This document shows, in pieces, positions 18,977 to 27,041 of a stretch of DNA of 29,968 nucleotides. Numbering within the stretch: the stretch's first letter is position 1; every line of letters starts with the position of its first letter. A program made the translations under genes and the position numbers. Where the stretch lies: the NCBI GenBank assembly GCA_046754105.1, contig JBHHVD010000035.1, positions 1-29,968 of the forward strand, written 5' to 3'. The DNA comes from Candidatus Krumholzibacteriia bacterium (lineage in GTDB: Bacteria; Krumholzibacteriota; Krumholzibacteriia; WVZY01). The notes below the pieces were generated by a model. It saw nothing but the letters and a program-made list of their open reading frames with translations. It searched no databases and was not told the DNA's origin.

Positions 18977-20884
18977 GTGGCAAACCGACGCTTCATACTG
19001 GGCACCGCCGGTCACGTCGATCACGGCAAGACACAACTCGTCAGCCGCCTGACCGGCTGGGACACCGATCGTCTCCGGGAGGAAAAAGAGCGCGGCATAT
19101 CCATCGAGCTGGGCTTCGCGCCACTCCATCTGGATGAGGACACGGCCATCGGCATTATCGACGTCCCCGGGCACGAGCGCTTTGTCAAGAACATGGTCTC
19201 CGGCGCAGGGGGCATCGATCTGGCCCTGCTCGTGATCGCCGCCGATGAGGGGGTCATGCCGCAGACGAGAGAGCACCTGGAAGTTCTGCGCTCTCTCGCC
19301 ATCGAGTACGGCGTCGTGGTCATTTCCAAAAGCGACCTGGCGACCGATGACGTAACGGCGATCGTGACGGAAGATATCAGCGAACTCCTCCGGGGAAGTT
19401 TTCTCGAGAACGCACCCGTGGTCCACACCTCGGCCAGGACCGGCGAGGGATTCGAGGAGTTGAAACGCGTGCTCAAGCACCTCTGCGAGCGCATTCCGGA
19501 GCGGGATACGGGCGGCTCGTTTCGGCTGGCGGTCGACCGCGTGTTCCACAAGCAGGGCATCGGCGTGGTCGTGACCGGAAGCTGCTATTCCGGAACCGTG
19601 ACCGTCGGCGACTCCCTGGTGCTGATGCCGGCGGGGAAAAAAGTCCGCGTACGCGAGATCCAGAGTTTCGGGGAAAAAAGGCGGCACGGGTACGCGGGCG
19701 AACGACTGGCGATCGCCCTTCAAGGCGGAAAACTTGGAGAGGTGTCACGCGGGGATATGCTAACGGCACCCGGACGATTCGTGGTGAGTTACATGCTCGA
19801 TGCGCGTGTTCACATCGCCGCCTACGCGAATTTCGAACTCAAGCAACGGGAGCGGATTCGACTCCACCACGGCGCCCGGGAGGTCCTGGGGCGGGTCGTC
19901 CTGCTCGAAGACGAGATATTGCGATCCGGCGACGACGGGCTCATCCAGTTTCGACTCGAGTCGCCGATTGTCGCCGGCGAGGGGGATCTCGTCGTCATTC
20001 GTAAGTACTCGCCTTCCCGCGTCCTGGGCGGAGGGCGGATCATTGTGCCCGTGGCGGCAAAACACAAACGCGGCGACCGGGAAGTGATCGATACCCTGCT
20101 GCTTCGCGAAGCCGGAGACCCCGGGGAAAAGGCGCTGAAGGCGATTCTCGACCGCGGGCTTCACGGTTCGGCCAGGGACGCGATGGACGAGACGATCGTA
20201 GAGGCCCTGGCGGGCGATGGCGAGGTGCTCGCGATCGGCGGCGTGGTGTTCCATTCGCGCATCGTCGAGACGCTCGGCGGACGCGTGCGGAAACTCGCAA
20301 CGTCCTACGTAGACAAGCACCCGCTGCGCCGCGGCATGGATAAGGAAGAGTTGCGGCAGAAAGTCGCGTTCCCCCATCCGCCGCCGCTTTTCAACAAGGT
20401 TCTGGAAGTGCTGGCCGCCTCGCACGCAATATCGATTCGGGACAATCTCGTGTGCCCCGAATCGCAAGACGGGCCGCCGGCGGAAATGGCCGGGGAGATC
20501 GACGCGCTGCGGGCCTCGTTTCGGAGGGCCGGACTGGCGTTTCCCGGCGATGAAGAACTGCGCGCTTCGTGGGGCGGCCGGAGCGAGCTCGGTGACGTCC
20601 TGCAATACTTGCGTGATGACGGTTCGATCCGGAAGATAAGCGACGGGGCGTACGTTGACACGGACGCGTTGCGTGGTTGTGTCCAAGAGCTCGACGCGTG
20701 GTTCGAAGGGCATTCCGAGCTGGCGGTCGGTGACTTCAAGGATCTCTTCGGCGTGACGCGCAAACACGCCATTCCACTTCTCGAGTACTTCGACCACGCC
20801 CGAATGACGGTTCGCGAAGGCAATGCGCGTGTGCGCGGGCCGCGTCTGGTCGTCCCGGATGCATCGTCGTTCCCCGAGGGGTGA
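18977..20884 (+). CDS. selB: Selenocysteine-specific elongation factor
   Basis: GTAGHVDHGKT, DRLREEKERGISIELGF, DVPGHERFVKNM, MPQTREHL; C-terminal winged helix FKD.FG.TRKHAIPLLEYFD. Confidence 0.96.
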   Translation: MANRRFILGTAGHVDHGKTQLVSRLTGWDTDRLREEKERGISIELGFAPLHLDEDTAIGIIDVPGHERFVKNMVSGAGGIDLALLVIAADEGVMPQTREHLEVLRSLAIEYGVVVISKSDLATDDVTAIVTEDISELLRGSFLENAPVVHTSARTGEGFEELKRVLKHLCERIPERDTGGSFRLAVDRVFHKQGIGVVVTGSCYSGTVTVGDSLVLMPAGKKVRVREIQSFGEKRRHGYAGERLAIALQGGKLGEVSRGDMLTAPGRFVVSYMLDARVHIAAYANFELKQRERIRLHHGAREVLGRVVLLEDEILRSGDDGLIQFRLESPIVAGEGDLVVIRKYSPSRVLGGGRIIVPVAAKHKRGDREVIDTLLLREAGDPGEKALKAILDRGLHGSARDAMDETIVEALAGDGEVLAIGGVVFHSRIVETLGGRVRKLATSYVDKHPLRRGMDKEELRQKVAFPHPPPLFNKVLEVLAASHAISIRDNLVCPESQDGPPAEMAGEIDALRASFRRAGLAFPGDEELRASWGGRSELGDVLQYLRDDGSIRKISDGAYVDTDALRGCVQELDAWFEGHSELAVGDFKDLFGVTRKHAIPLLEYFDHARMTVREGNARVRGPRLVVPDASSFPEG

Positions 20885-20915
20885 GCGCATGCGCGCATTT
20901 TCCGTGACAGGGGGA

Positions 20916-20945
20916 TTGCCCTTTGGCACGGTTCTGTGCTATAGT
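20916..20945 (+). promoter_or_regulatory. Putative sigma70 extended -10 promoter of the orphan secreted-protein gene
   Basis: TTGCCC (20916-21)-18-TATAGT (20940-45) with TG at 20937-38. Confidence 0.45.
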
Positions 20946-21052
20946 CTATGGGGGAGTGTCGAGGACGCTTGCCCCACAGGCAACATCTGACCCCTGAATT
21001 ATCATCAAATTGCGCCGGACGGTCCCGCCCTACTTCCGACAGGAGGGAAGTG

Positions 21053-21445
21053 ATGAAGAGAGCGATGAGGGCTATAACTGCTTTAGCCGTAATCGGTTTA
21101 CTCGTAGCGCCAGGCATGTTGCTCGCCGACCAGATTGCGTACCCCGTCGAAAAGACGGTGTTGCCCGGCGTGACGACGCTTCATTACGCGGGGAAGACGC
21201 TGAGCTTTACGAGTTCCGTCGCCGTGCAGGTCAAATTCAGCATGCCGGCGTCTGGTGTGGTGGAAATGAGGTTCCGCCGCCACCCGAACTGGGGCGCGTG
21301 GCCCCCGCCGCCCGGTGCTGCGCCCACAACGCAGGAACTGTCCATCTTCTGGGATGATCTCGGTACGGGGATCTTCGGCGGTGACGCGCCCAGCCCGGAC
21401 TGGGGCGATATCGTTCTGACCGAGGGTGGCTGGACCGAAAAGTAA
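21053..21445 (+). CDS. Hypothetical secreted protein (130 aa)
   Basis: AGGAGG (21041-46) before GTG/ATG. Sec-type signal peptide MKRAMRAITALAVIGLLVAPGMLLA|DQ. Beta-strand-like mature part with a Pro-rich loop. No family recognised. Confidence 0.75.
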   Translation: MKRAMRAITALAVIGLLVAPGMLLADQIAYPVEKTVLPGVTTLHYAGKTLSFTSSVAVQVKFSMPASGVVEMRFRRHPNWGAWPPPPGAAPTTQELSIFWDDLGTGIFGGDAPSPDWGDIVLTEGGWTEK

Positions 21446-21477
21446 AAATGCTTTACATGCGTAAAATTATTTTACGC
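21442..21477. promoter_or_regulatory. Tandem palindromic sites, putative enhancer (UAS) for a sigma54 activator
   Basis: GTAAA-aatgc-TTTAC (21442-56) and gcGTAAA-attat-TTTACgc (21459-77), centres 19 bp apart. Confidence 0.65.
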
Positions 21478-21587
21478 TGACCTCGTGGTACGGAATGGCC
21501 GGTGCCACTCCGTATTCCTTCGGATTCCGCAATTCATTAATTCACAACACTTTGTGATTTGTCCCGCAGGGCAATAATTTCCCCCTT

Positions 21588-21602
21588 TGGCACAATAGTT
21601 GC
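21588..21602 (+). promoter_or_regulatory. sigma54 (-24/-12) promoter
   Basis: TGGCACAATAGTTGC, near-consensus TGGCAC-N5-TTGC with exact spacing. Confidence 0.8.
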
Positions 21603-21613
21603 GATATTACCGC

Positions 21614-21887
21614 CCGCCGCTCGCGGCTTTCCCGCCGAAAGCGGTGTGTTCCTACGGACGAGGGAGCACAGGAAGAGGGAACATTCGGTGGCAAAAAGGG
21701 GGTAGTACATTTGGCGATGCCAAGGCTCTATCGTACGGGTCGATGGGTGTTTTCGGCGCCTGTCGCCTTCCCCTGAGTGGCTTTGTCAAGCCAGTGGATC
21801 ATAGCCCTTGCCCTTAGCTTGATTCGGCTGGTGTATTGCCCTCTTGACGCGAATGGAGGCACGTCTCACGACGTGCCTCCGTTTTTT
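21614..21887 (+). ncRNA. Candidate sigma54-dependent structured small RNA (~275 nt)
   Basis: Bounded by a sigma54 promoter and an intrinsic terminator. Contains multiple hairpins and no convincing ORF. The next real gene is convergent. Confidence 0.6.
21855..21887 (+). terminator. Intrinsic (Rho-independent) terminator
   Basis: Perfect 11-bp stem GGAGGCACGTC-tcac-GACGTGCCTCC followed by GTTTTTT. Confidence 0.88.
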
Positions 21888-21970
21888 ATGGCCGACGGAA
21901 CGCCATCGCTCTCCGGCGACCCGCGGTCGAAGCGGTGACGGACCGTCGCGGGAACGAGCGAGGATCACGT

Positions 21971-22065
21971 GCGGCCCGATGCGGGTCCTGTCAGCGAACA
22001 GCCCGCCCGTGCTCGAAGCCTGCGCGCGGGCGGGCGCCCGTTCGCTGCCACCCCCGTCGGGCCGC
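21971..22065. repeat. ~95-bp GC-rich palindromic intergenic repeat (REP/MITE-like), full copy
   Basis: Arms GCGGCCCGA/TCGGGCCGC, CAGCGAAC/GTTCGCTG and GCCCGCCCGTGC/GCGCGGGCGGGC. Related copies at 16549 and 29903. Confidence 0.8.
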
Positions 22066-22165
22066 GGGTAGCCGAGCGAAGTGGAGTGCGGTACCGGAAG
22101 CGCTTCGGCCGACGGGTCGGGTCGCCGGAGCTCACCGCAACTCGATACGGCAATCCGCACGGAGG

Positions 22166-23755
22166 CTACTCGGGCAGCCTGGGTGCCACGAACAGGGTTT
22201 TCTCCCGCTCGCACGTTACCTGTCCCGGCTTCGCGCCACGGAATTTTCGCACATACTTGCGCCGCGTGTAGATGACCGGAACCAGGCCCGAGTGCCTTGC
22301 CTTCGAATAGAACGCGGCGATAGCGGCCGCCGCGTCGAGGACCTCCCGGGGCGGGTTGCCTGCACCTCCGCTGGACTTGAGCACGGCGTGGGACCCCGCC
22401 GTCTGCTGGGCGTGCAACCAGATATCGTCGGGGCCTGCGACCCGGAAGGTAATGTCGTCGTTTTCGCGGTCGCTGCGACCGACGAGTACGAACCATGACG
22501 GGTCGAGGTCGAAACGGCGGTACCGCTTCTCCTCCCGGCCCCCCTGGGTGGCGGGGCGCGGACCGCGGACGCCCGCGCGATCGGTCGCCGCGCGCAGCCC
22601 GAGCAGGGCATCCCGAAACGTTGCCGCCCCTTCGGCCTCGGCGATCGCCGACTCGATCGCTCGGGCTTCCTCTTCGACAACGGTAATTCGCCGCGCCAGG
22701 GCGTCGCGGCTGCGCTCGAGTTTGGCCGCCCGTTTGAAGCGCTTTTCGATCTGGCTCTCGACGGGTAGCGCCGGGTCGAGGCGGATCGTCACGGTTTCTC
22801 CCGGCGCGTACAGATCCGGAAGCTCGACCTCGCCGGCGCCAGCGGGGACCTGCGATTGATAGGCGGCGAGGATATTGGCTTCCCGGCGCCCGGCGTCGAA
22901 AGCAGACGCTTCGGCGAGCTGCGAGCGCAGTTTGTCGACGAGTGCCCGGCGGCTCCCGAGCCGTTTTCGCAGCGGCAGCGCATGCCGTTCGAGGATCGAA
23001 CCGGTGACCGTCTCCACGATCTCTCTTCCAACTGTGGTGCAGGCGGCTCCCGCCCCGTGAAATGGGCCGAAGAGGTATTCGAGCTTCGGTCGCACGCGAT
23101 CGGGGCGGCCGCCCGGCAGCGGGACGACCCGTCCCGGGCGCGCCCCGGCACCGAGACAGAAGGGCGTCTTACCGTCCCGAACGCTATTTCGAAAACCGAC
23201 GAGCGATTCCGTATCGAGCCCGCCCTCGTCGCGGAACGCCTCGAGCAACGGCCTTTCCACGCCGTGGACTTCGCGCCCGTCCTCGAGCGCCGCCGCCAGG
23301 GCGCCATCCGGGAGTGTGGCAAGGCTCTCCCCCGGCGGCAGAGGGGGGCCCACGGCCGATCCCGATTCCCGCGCATCGAGAGATTCCACAATGGTATCCG
23401 GACCCTCGACGCGGATGCGGGCAGCGCTGCCACGCAATGATATGGAAAGGGTGTGCCGCGATTTCTCCAGCGGCAACCGTACGATGCGGTCGTGGGGCGC
23501 CTGGGGTGCCTCATCGATGCGGTCACCCCAGATGCGCCGAAACACGTCGTCCCCTGCGTCCGCGAGCGGATCGACGGCGTCGAGAAAACAGAACGGGCCC
23601 GGGTGCGAGATGACTACCACCAGGAACTGCCCCGCCCCGCGACCGGCCAGCCGGAAGACGGCAAGCGGCTTCAGCACGCGAACCGCTTCGATCCGCAAAC
23701 CACGCAGCGTCTCTCCGATATCGCGGACGAGAAGATGGAGAAGAAAATGGTTCAT
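22166..23755 (-). CDS. RqcH/Rqc2 (NFACT, FbpA-like) ribosome quality-control family protein
   Basis: N-terminal DRIV motif; central coiled coil with I.LDP; C-terminal NFACT-R domain VGRSDRENDDITF...DDIWLHA....GSHAV...AAFYSKAR...YT.RKYVRK..GAKPGQV. Confidence 0.85.
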   Translation of the reverse strand: MNHFLLHLLVRDIGETLRGLRIEAVRVLKPLAVFRLAGRGAGQFLVVVISHPGPFCFLDAVDPLADAGDDVFRRIWGDRIDEAPQAPHDRIVRLPLEKSRHTLSISLRGSAARIRVEGPDTIVESLDARESGSAVGPPLPPGESLATLPDGALAAALEDGREVHGVERPLLEAFRDEGGLDTESLVGFRNSVRDGKTPFCLGAGARPGRVVPLPGGRPDRVRPKLEYLFGPFHGAGAACTTVGREIVETVTGSILERHALPLRKRLGSRRALVDKLRSQLAEASAFDAGRREANILAAYQSQVPAGAGEVELPDLYAPGETVTIRLDPALPVESQIEKRFKRAAKLERSRDALARRITVVEEEARAIESAIAEAEGAATFRDALLGLRAATDRAGVRGPRPATQGGREEKRYRRFDLDPSWFVLVGRSDRENDDITFRVAGPDDIWLHAQQTAGSHAVLKSSGGAGNPPREVLDAAAAIAAFYSKARHSGLVPVIYTRRKYVRKFRGAKPGQVTCEREKTLFVAPRLPE

Positions 23756-23807
23756 ACCCCGGGCGCTTCGTTGTGAATTAACTCATTATTTCGTGAGGAT
23801 TTACCCA

Positions 23808-23836
23808 TTGACATGCGGGTACTATCTTTCTACTAT
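23808..23836 (+). promoter_or_regulatory. sigma70 promoter of the yicC-gmk-rpoZ-coaBC operon
   Basis: TTGACA (23808-13)-17-TACTAT (23831-36). Confidence 0.7.
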
Positions 23837-23880
23837 AGGTCGGCAAAACGCCGGAAACACCCAATCAGGAGCGGAGACAC

Positions 23881-24756
23881 ATGTTGGTCAGCATGACCGG
23901 GTACGGTCAAGGGGAAGCTTCCAATCGGACGGCAAAGGTATCAGTGGAGATTCGCACGGTCAACCACCGCTTCCTCGATTTGTCGATGAAACTCCCCAGG
24001 GCCCTCGCCCATCGCGAACACGATGTAAAAGACCTGATCAAGGGGAAGATACAGAGGGGGCGGATCACCGTTACCGTGTCGGCGGACAGCGATCACCCTG
24101 AATACGACGTCAGCATCAACCTCCCGCTCGTAGAACAGTACATTCACCAGCTGCGAAAGCTCGCCCGCAAGGAGTCGTTGACCTCCAACCTGGACATCAA
24201 CACGCTGGCAACGCTGCCAGAGGTATTTCACCTGCTCGAAAAAGAGCGTGATTCGGAGAAGTTGTGGCCCCTGGTCAAACGAAGCCTGAAACAGGCGGCG
24301 GACGCATGTGCGAAAATGAGACAGCAGGAAGGAAAACTCCTCGAGGCGGACATCCGGGAGCGCACCGCCGCGATCAACGGTTTGATCAAGAAAGTCGAGA
24401 GACGCGCGCCCAAAGTGGTGGCCCGGCACAACGCGGCACTCAAGGATCGCCTGGCCAAAATGATGCCGGCGGGCACCGTCGACAATGACCGCTGGATGAC
24501 GGAGGTGGCGATTATGGCGGATCGCCTGGACTTCACCGAGGAACTCATCCGGCTCAAGAGCCACATGACCCAGATCGCGGCGTGTTTAGACGCGGGGGGT
24601 GCGGTGGCGAAGAAACTTACCTATCTGCTGCAGGAAGTGCACCGCGAGTCGACGACCATTTCCTCGAAGGCTTCGGATGCCGAGGTCATCGAGTACATGG
24701 TATCGCTCAAAGAGGAATCCGAACGCCTGCGGGAACAAGTCCAGAACCTGGAATAA
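23881..24756 (+). CDS. yicC: YicC/YloC-family endoribonuclease
   Basis: SMTGYG, EIRTVNHRFLD, RG.I, D.TEELIRL.SH, KKL.YLLQE.HRE..T..SK, LREQVQNLE. Confidence 0.95.
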   Translation: MLVSMTGYGQGEASNRTAKVSVEIRTVNHRFLDLSMKLPRALAHREHDVKDLIKGKIQRGRITVTVSADSDHPEYDVSINLPLVEQYIHQLRKLARKESLTSNLDINTLATLPEVFHLLEKERDSEKLWPLVKRSLKQAADACAKMRQQEGKLLEADIRERTAAINGLIKKVERRAPKVVARHNAALKDRLAKMMPAGTVDNDRWMTEVAIMADRLDFTEELIRLKSHMTQIAACLDAGGAVAKKLTYLLQEVHRESTTISSKASDAEVIEYMVSLKEESERLREQVQNLE

Positions 24757-24808
24757 AGAGGCGCCGAGCTGCGGCCGACGGCGCTGCAGGCAGATCGGGG
24801 CGAGCGGC

Positions 24809-25417
24809 TTGAGACTCACCAATGCATTCGTTGTCGTCGTGTCCGGTCCGTCCGGGGCCGGCAAGACCACCCTGGTGGACAGGGTCGTCTGCCGCGACCC
24901 GCTCCTGCGGGAATCGGTGTCCACGACCACCAGACCGCCCCGCGAGGGCGAAGTCGAGGGTGAATCGTATTTCTTCGTTACGCGGGAGGAATTCGAGAAG
25001 CTCAAGCGGGACAGCCTGATCGAATGGGCGAAGGTGCACGATCATTACTATGGGACCCCACGGGATTTCGTGGACGGGGAGCTTGCCAGGGGCCTCGATG
25101 TGGTCCTCAATATCGACGTTCAGGGCGGCGCTTCGGTAAGAAAGTGCTTTCCCGAGGCCGTTCTGATATTTATTTTACCACCGTCCTTCGAGGTGTTGGA
25201 GGAGAGGGTCCGCGGGCGAGGGACCGAATACGCGCGGGAAATCAAGAAGCGGATGGAGAACGCCCGCAAGGAAGTAACGTTTGCTACCGCCTATGACTAT
25301 ATCGTCGTGAACGATCGGCTGGACGAAGCCGTATCCGCCGTAGAGGCGATCGTCGCGACGGAGCGGCGCAGGCGAACACGATATCCCGGCGATTTTATCG
25401 ATCGATTTGGACGCTGA
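24809..25417 (+). CDS. gmk: Guanylate kinase
   Basis: VSGPSGAGKTT, SVSTTTRPPREGE..G..Y.F, EWAKVH..YYGT, IDVQG, FILPPS, YDYIVVND. Probable TTG start at 24809. Confidence 0.95.
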   Translation: MRLTNAFVVVVSGPSGAGKTTLVDRVVCRDPLLRESVSTTTRPPREGEVEGESYFFVTREEFEKLKRDSLIEWAKVHDHYYGTPRDFVDGELARGLDVVLNIDVQGGASVRKCFPEAVLIFILPPSFEVLEERVRGRGTEYAREIKKRMENARKEVTFATAYDYIVVNDRLDEAVSAVEAIVATERRRRTRYPGDFIDRFGR

Positions 25418-25439
25418 CGTAACTCAACGGGGAGAGCGC

Positions 25440-25676
25440 ATGAAAAACGTAGTACTCATTGAAAAGATGACGGCGGTAGTTCCCAACAAGTACGAGGCGA
25501 TCCGCGTCATCGCCAAGGAAGCCAGGCGGATCAACTCGCTTCTCATCCACGGTGGGGCCGAGGTGGAAGAGAAGCCCACGATGATGGCGATGAAGCGGCT
25601 GCTCGAAAAGAAGATCAAGTTCGATTATATCGAGCCGGAGGAATTGCACGCCAGGTTCGACGGAGAGACCGAGTAG
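25440..25676 (+). CDS. rpoZ: RNA polymerase omega subunit
   Basis: NKYEAIRVIAKEARRIN...KPT..A; position between gmk and coaBC; GGGGAG before ATG 25440. Confidence 0.85.
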   Translation: MKNVVLIEKMTAVVPNKYEAIRVIAKEARRINSLLIHGGAEVEEKPTMMAMKRLLEKKIKFDYIEPEELHARFDGETE

Positions 25677-25734
25677 GCGCCGACCTTGCGGCGCCTCCCG
25701 GGGCGCGCCTCACACACAAGTGCAGGTACCGGCG

Positions 25735-26949
25735 ATGGCTCTTGAGGGGAAGAAAATTCTGCTGGGCGTGACGGGTGGTATCGCCGCGTACAAGTCCGTC
25801 TTTCTGCTAAGGCTCCTGAAGGGAGCCGGCGCCGACGTCAAAGTGGTCATGACGGCGTCGGCCTGCGAGTTCGTCGCACCGCTTACCTTCGAGACCCTCT
25901 CTGAGAATCCCGTTCATGTTCGCATGTTCGACGGCGGGCGAGGCCGGGGCGCGGTGTCGCCGGTCGAGCACGTCGAGCTGGCCAAGTGGCCCGATCTGGT
26001 GGTCGTGGCACCGGTGACCGCCAACAGCCTCGCCAAGTTTGTCCACGGCAGGGCCGATGATTTATTGGCCACCGTTCTGTCAGCGTACGACGGCCTGACC
26101 GTGCTCGCCCCTGCGATGAACGACGTCATGTGGAACAACCCCTCCACGCAGGACAACCTCAAGCAACTCAGCCAACGTGGGCTCCGTGTCGTATCCCCCG
26201 GCAAAGGGGACCTTGCCTGCGGGTACGAAGCGGAAGGCCGCATGGCGGAGCCCGATGAGATCTTCGAGTATCTCGAGGCGCTTTACGCTTCGGACTTCGG
26301 CCGCCTCCGCGTCCTCGTGAGCGTGGGCGGGACCGAGGAGGATATCGATCCGGTCCGTGTTATCTCCAATCGCTCCTCGGGCAAGATGGGTTTTGCCATC
26401 GCCGAGGCGGCTCGCGACCGGGGCGCCCAGGTTACCGTCGTGGCGGGTCGCGTCTCGGTGCCCGTCCCCAACGGGGTCCGTGTCGTCCGGGTACGGACGG
26501 CGCGGGAGATGTCCCAGGCGCTGAAGGCTGCCTTCGTGGATGCCGACGTCCTGGTGATGGCCGCAGCGGTCTCCGATTTCGCGCCCGGGGAGGTACTCGA
26601 CCGAAAAAAGAAGGGCGAGTCGTGGGCGCTCGAGCTCAAACGCACGGAAGACATTCTCCAGGCCCTCGGCAAAATGAAAGGGAAACGGTACATGATCGGT
26701 TTTGCAGTGGAAACGGAGGAGGTCGAGGCAAACGCCCGCAAGAAACTCATCAAGAAGAACTGCGACCTGGTGGTGGTGAACAACCCGCTCGAGGAGGGCG
26801 CCGCGTTCGAGCACGATACCAACTCGGTACGTATTTTTGGCGCCGCGGGAGAGCTGCTTTCCACCGGTTTGAAGAGCAAGCGCGATATCGCGGAACTGAT
26901 TCTCACGGCGGCCAGCAAAGAGCCGGCGTTCCGTGCTATCCTGGTATAG
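25735..26949 (+). CDS. coaBC: Bifunctional phosphopantothenoylcysteine decarboxylase/ligase
   Basis: [24 protein letters not shown]...[37 protein letters not shown]. Start 25720 or 25735. Confidence 0.97.
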   Translation: MALEGKKILLGVTGGIAAYKSVFLLRLLKGAGADVKVVMTASACEFVAPLTFETLSENPVHVRMFDGGRGRGAVSPVEHVELAKWPDLVVVAPVTANSLAKFVHGRADDLLATVLSAYDGLTVLAPAMNDVMWNNPSTQDNLKQLSQRGLRVVSPGKGDLACGYEAEGRMAEPDEIFEYLEALYASDFGRLRVLVSVGGTEEDIDPVRVISNRSSGKMGFAIAEAARDRGAQVTVVAGRVSVPVPNGVRVVRVRTAREMSQALKAAFVDADVLVMAAAVSDFAPGEVLDRKKKGESWALELKRTEDILQALGKMKGKRYMIGFAVETEEVEANARKKLIKKNCDLVVVNNPLEEGAAFEHDTNSVRIFGAAGELLSTGLKSKRDIAELILTAASKEPAFRAILV

Positions 26950-27041
26950 ATGCGCGGCCCTCGCGCCGCGACTGAGCCCTCCACCGCCCCGGAGCCGCAT
27001 TCCTCCCCCGGGCCCACGCGAGCGAACTTGAAAGTGACGTG

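Noticed and set aside
21599..21817. 72-aa ORF from the ORF track
   Set aside because: Its TTG start lies inside the sigma54 -12 box, upstream of the predicted TSS, with no RBS.
21711..21937. Small selenoprotein (MPRLYRTGRWVFSAPVAFP-UGA-VALSSQW...) near selB
   Set aside because: The hairpin after UGA 21774-76 starts 1 nt downstream, too close for SECIS geometry. Readthrough would cross the terminator before any stop, and there is no Sec/Cys redox motif. A 19-21-aa peptide cannot be fully excluded.
21446..22165. tRNA-Sec, tmRNA, SRP RNA or c-di-GMP riboswitch in this spacer
   Set aside because: No cloverleaf/T-loop, no SRP or RNase P signature, no GEMM motif, and no + strand gene downstream for a riboswitch to control.
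21537..23781. Inverted 12-mer TTAATTCACAAC (21537-48 / 23770-81) as mobile-element ends
   Set aside because: Short AT-rich word in two promoter regions, with no transposase or target duplication. More likely a nucleoid-protein site or chance.
24599..24808. N-terminal extensions given by the ORF track for gmk (likewise rpmE 14189, TPR 11354, orphan 20948, priA 8750)
   Set aside because: They overlap upstream genes or promoters, and family motifs or RBSs point to later starts.
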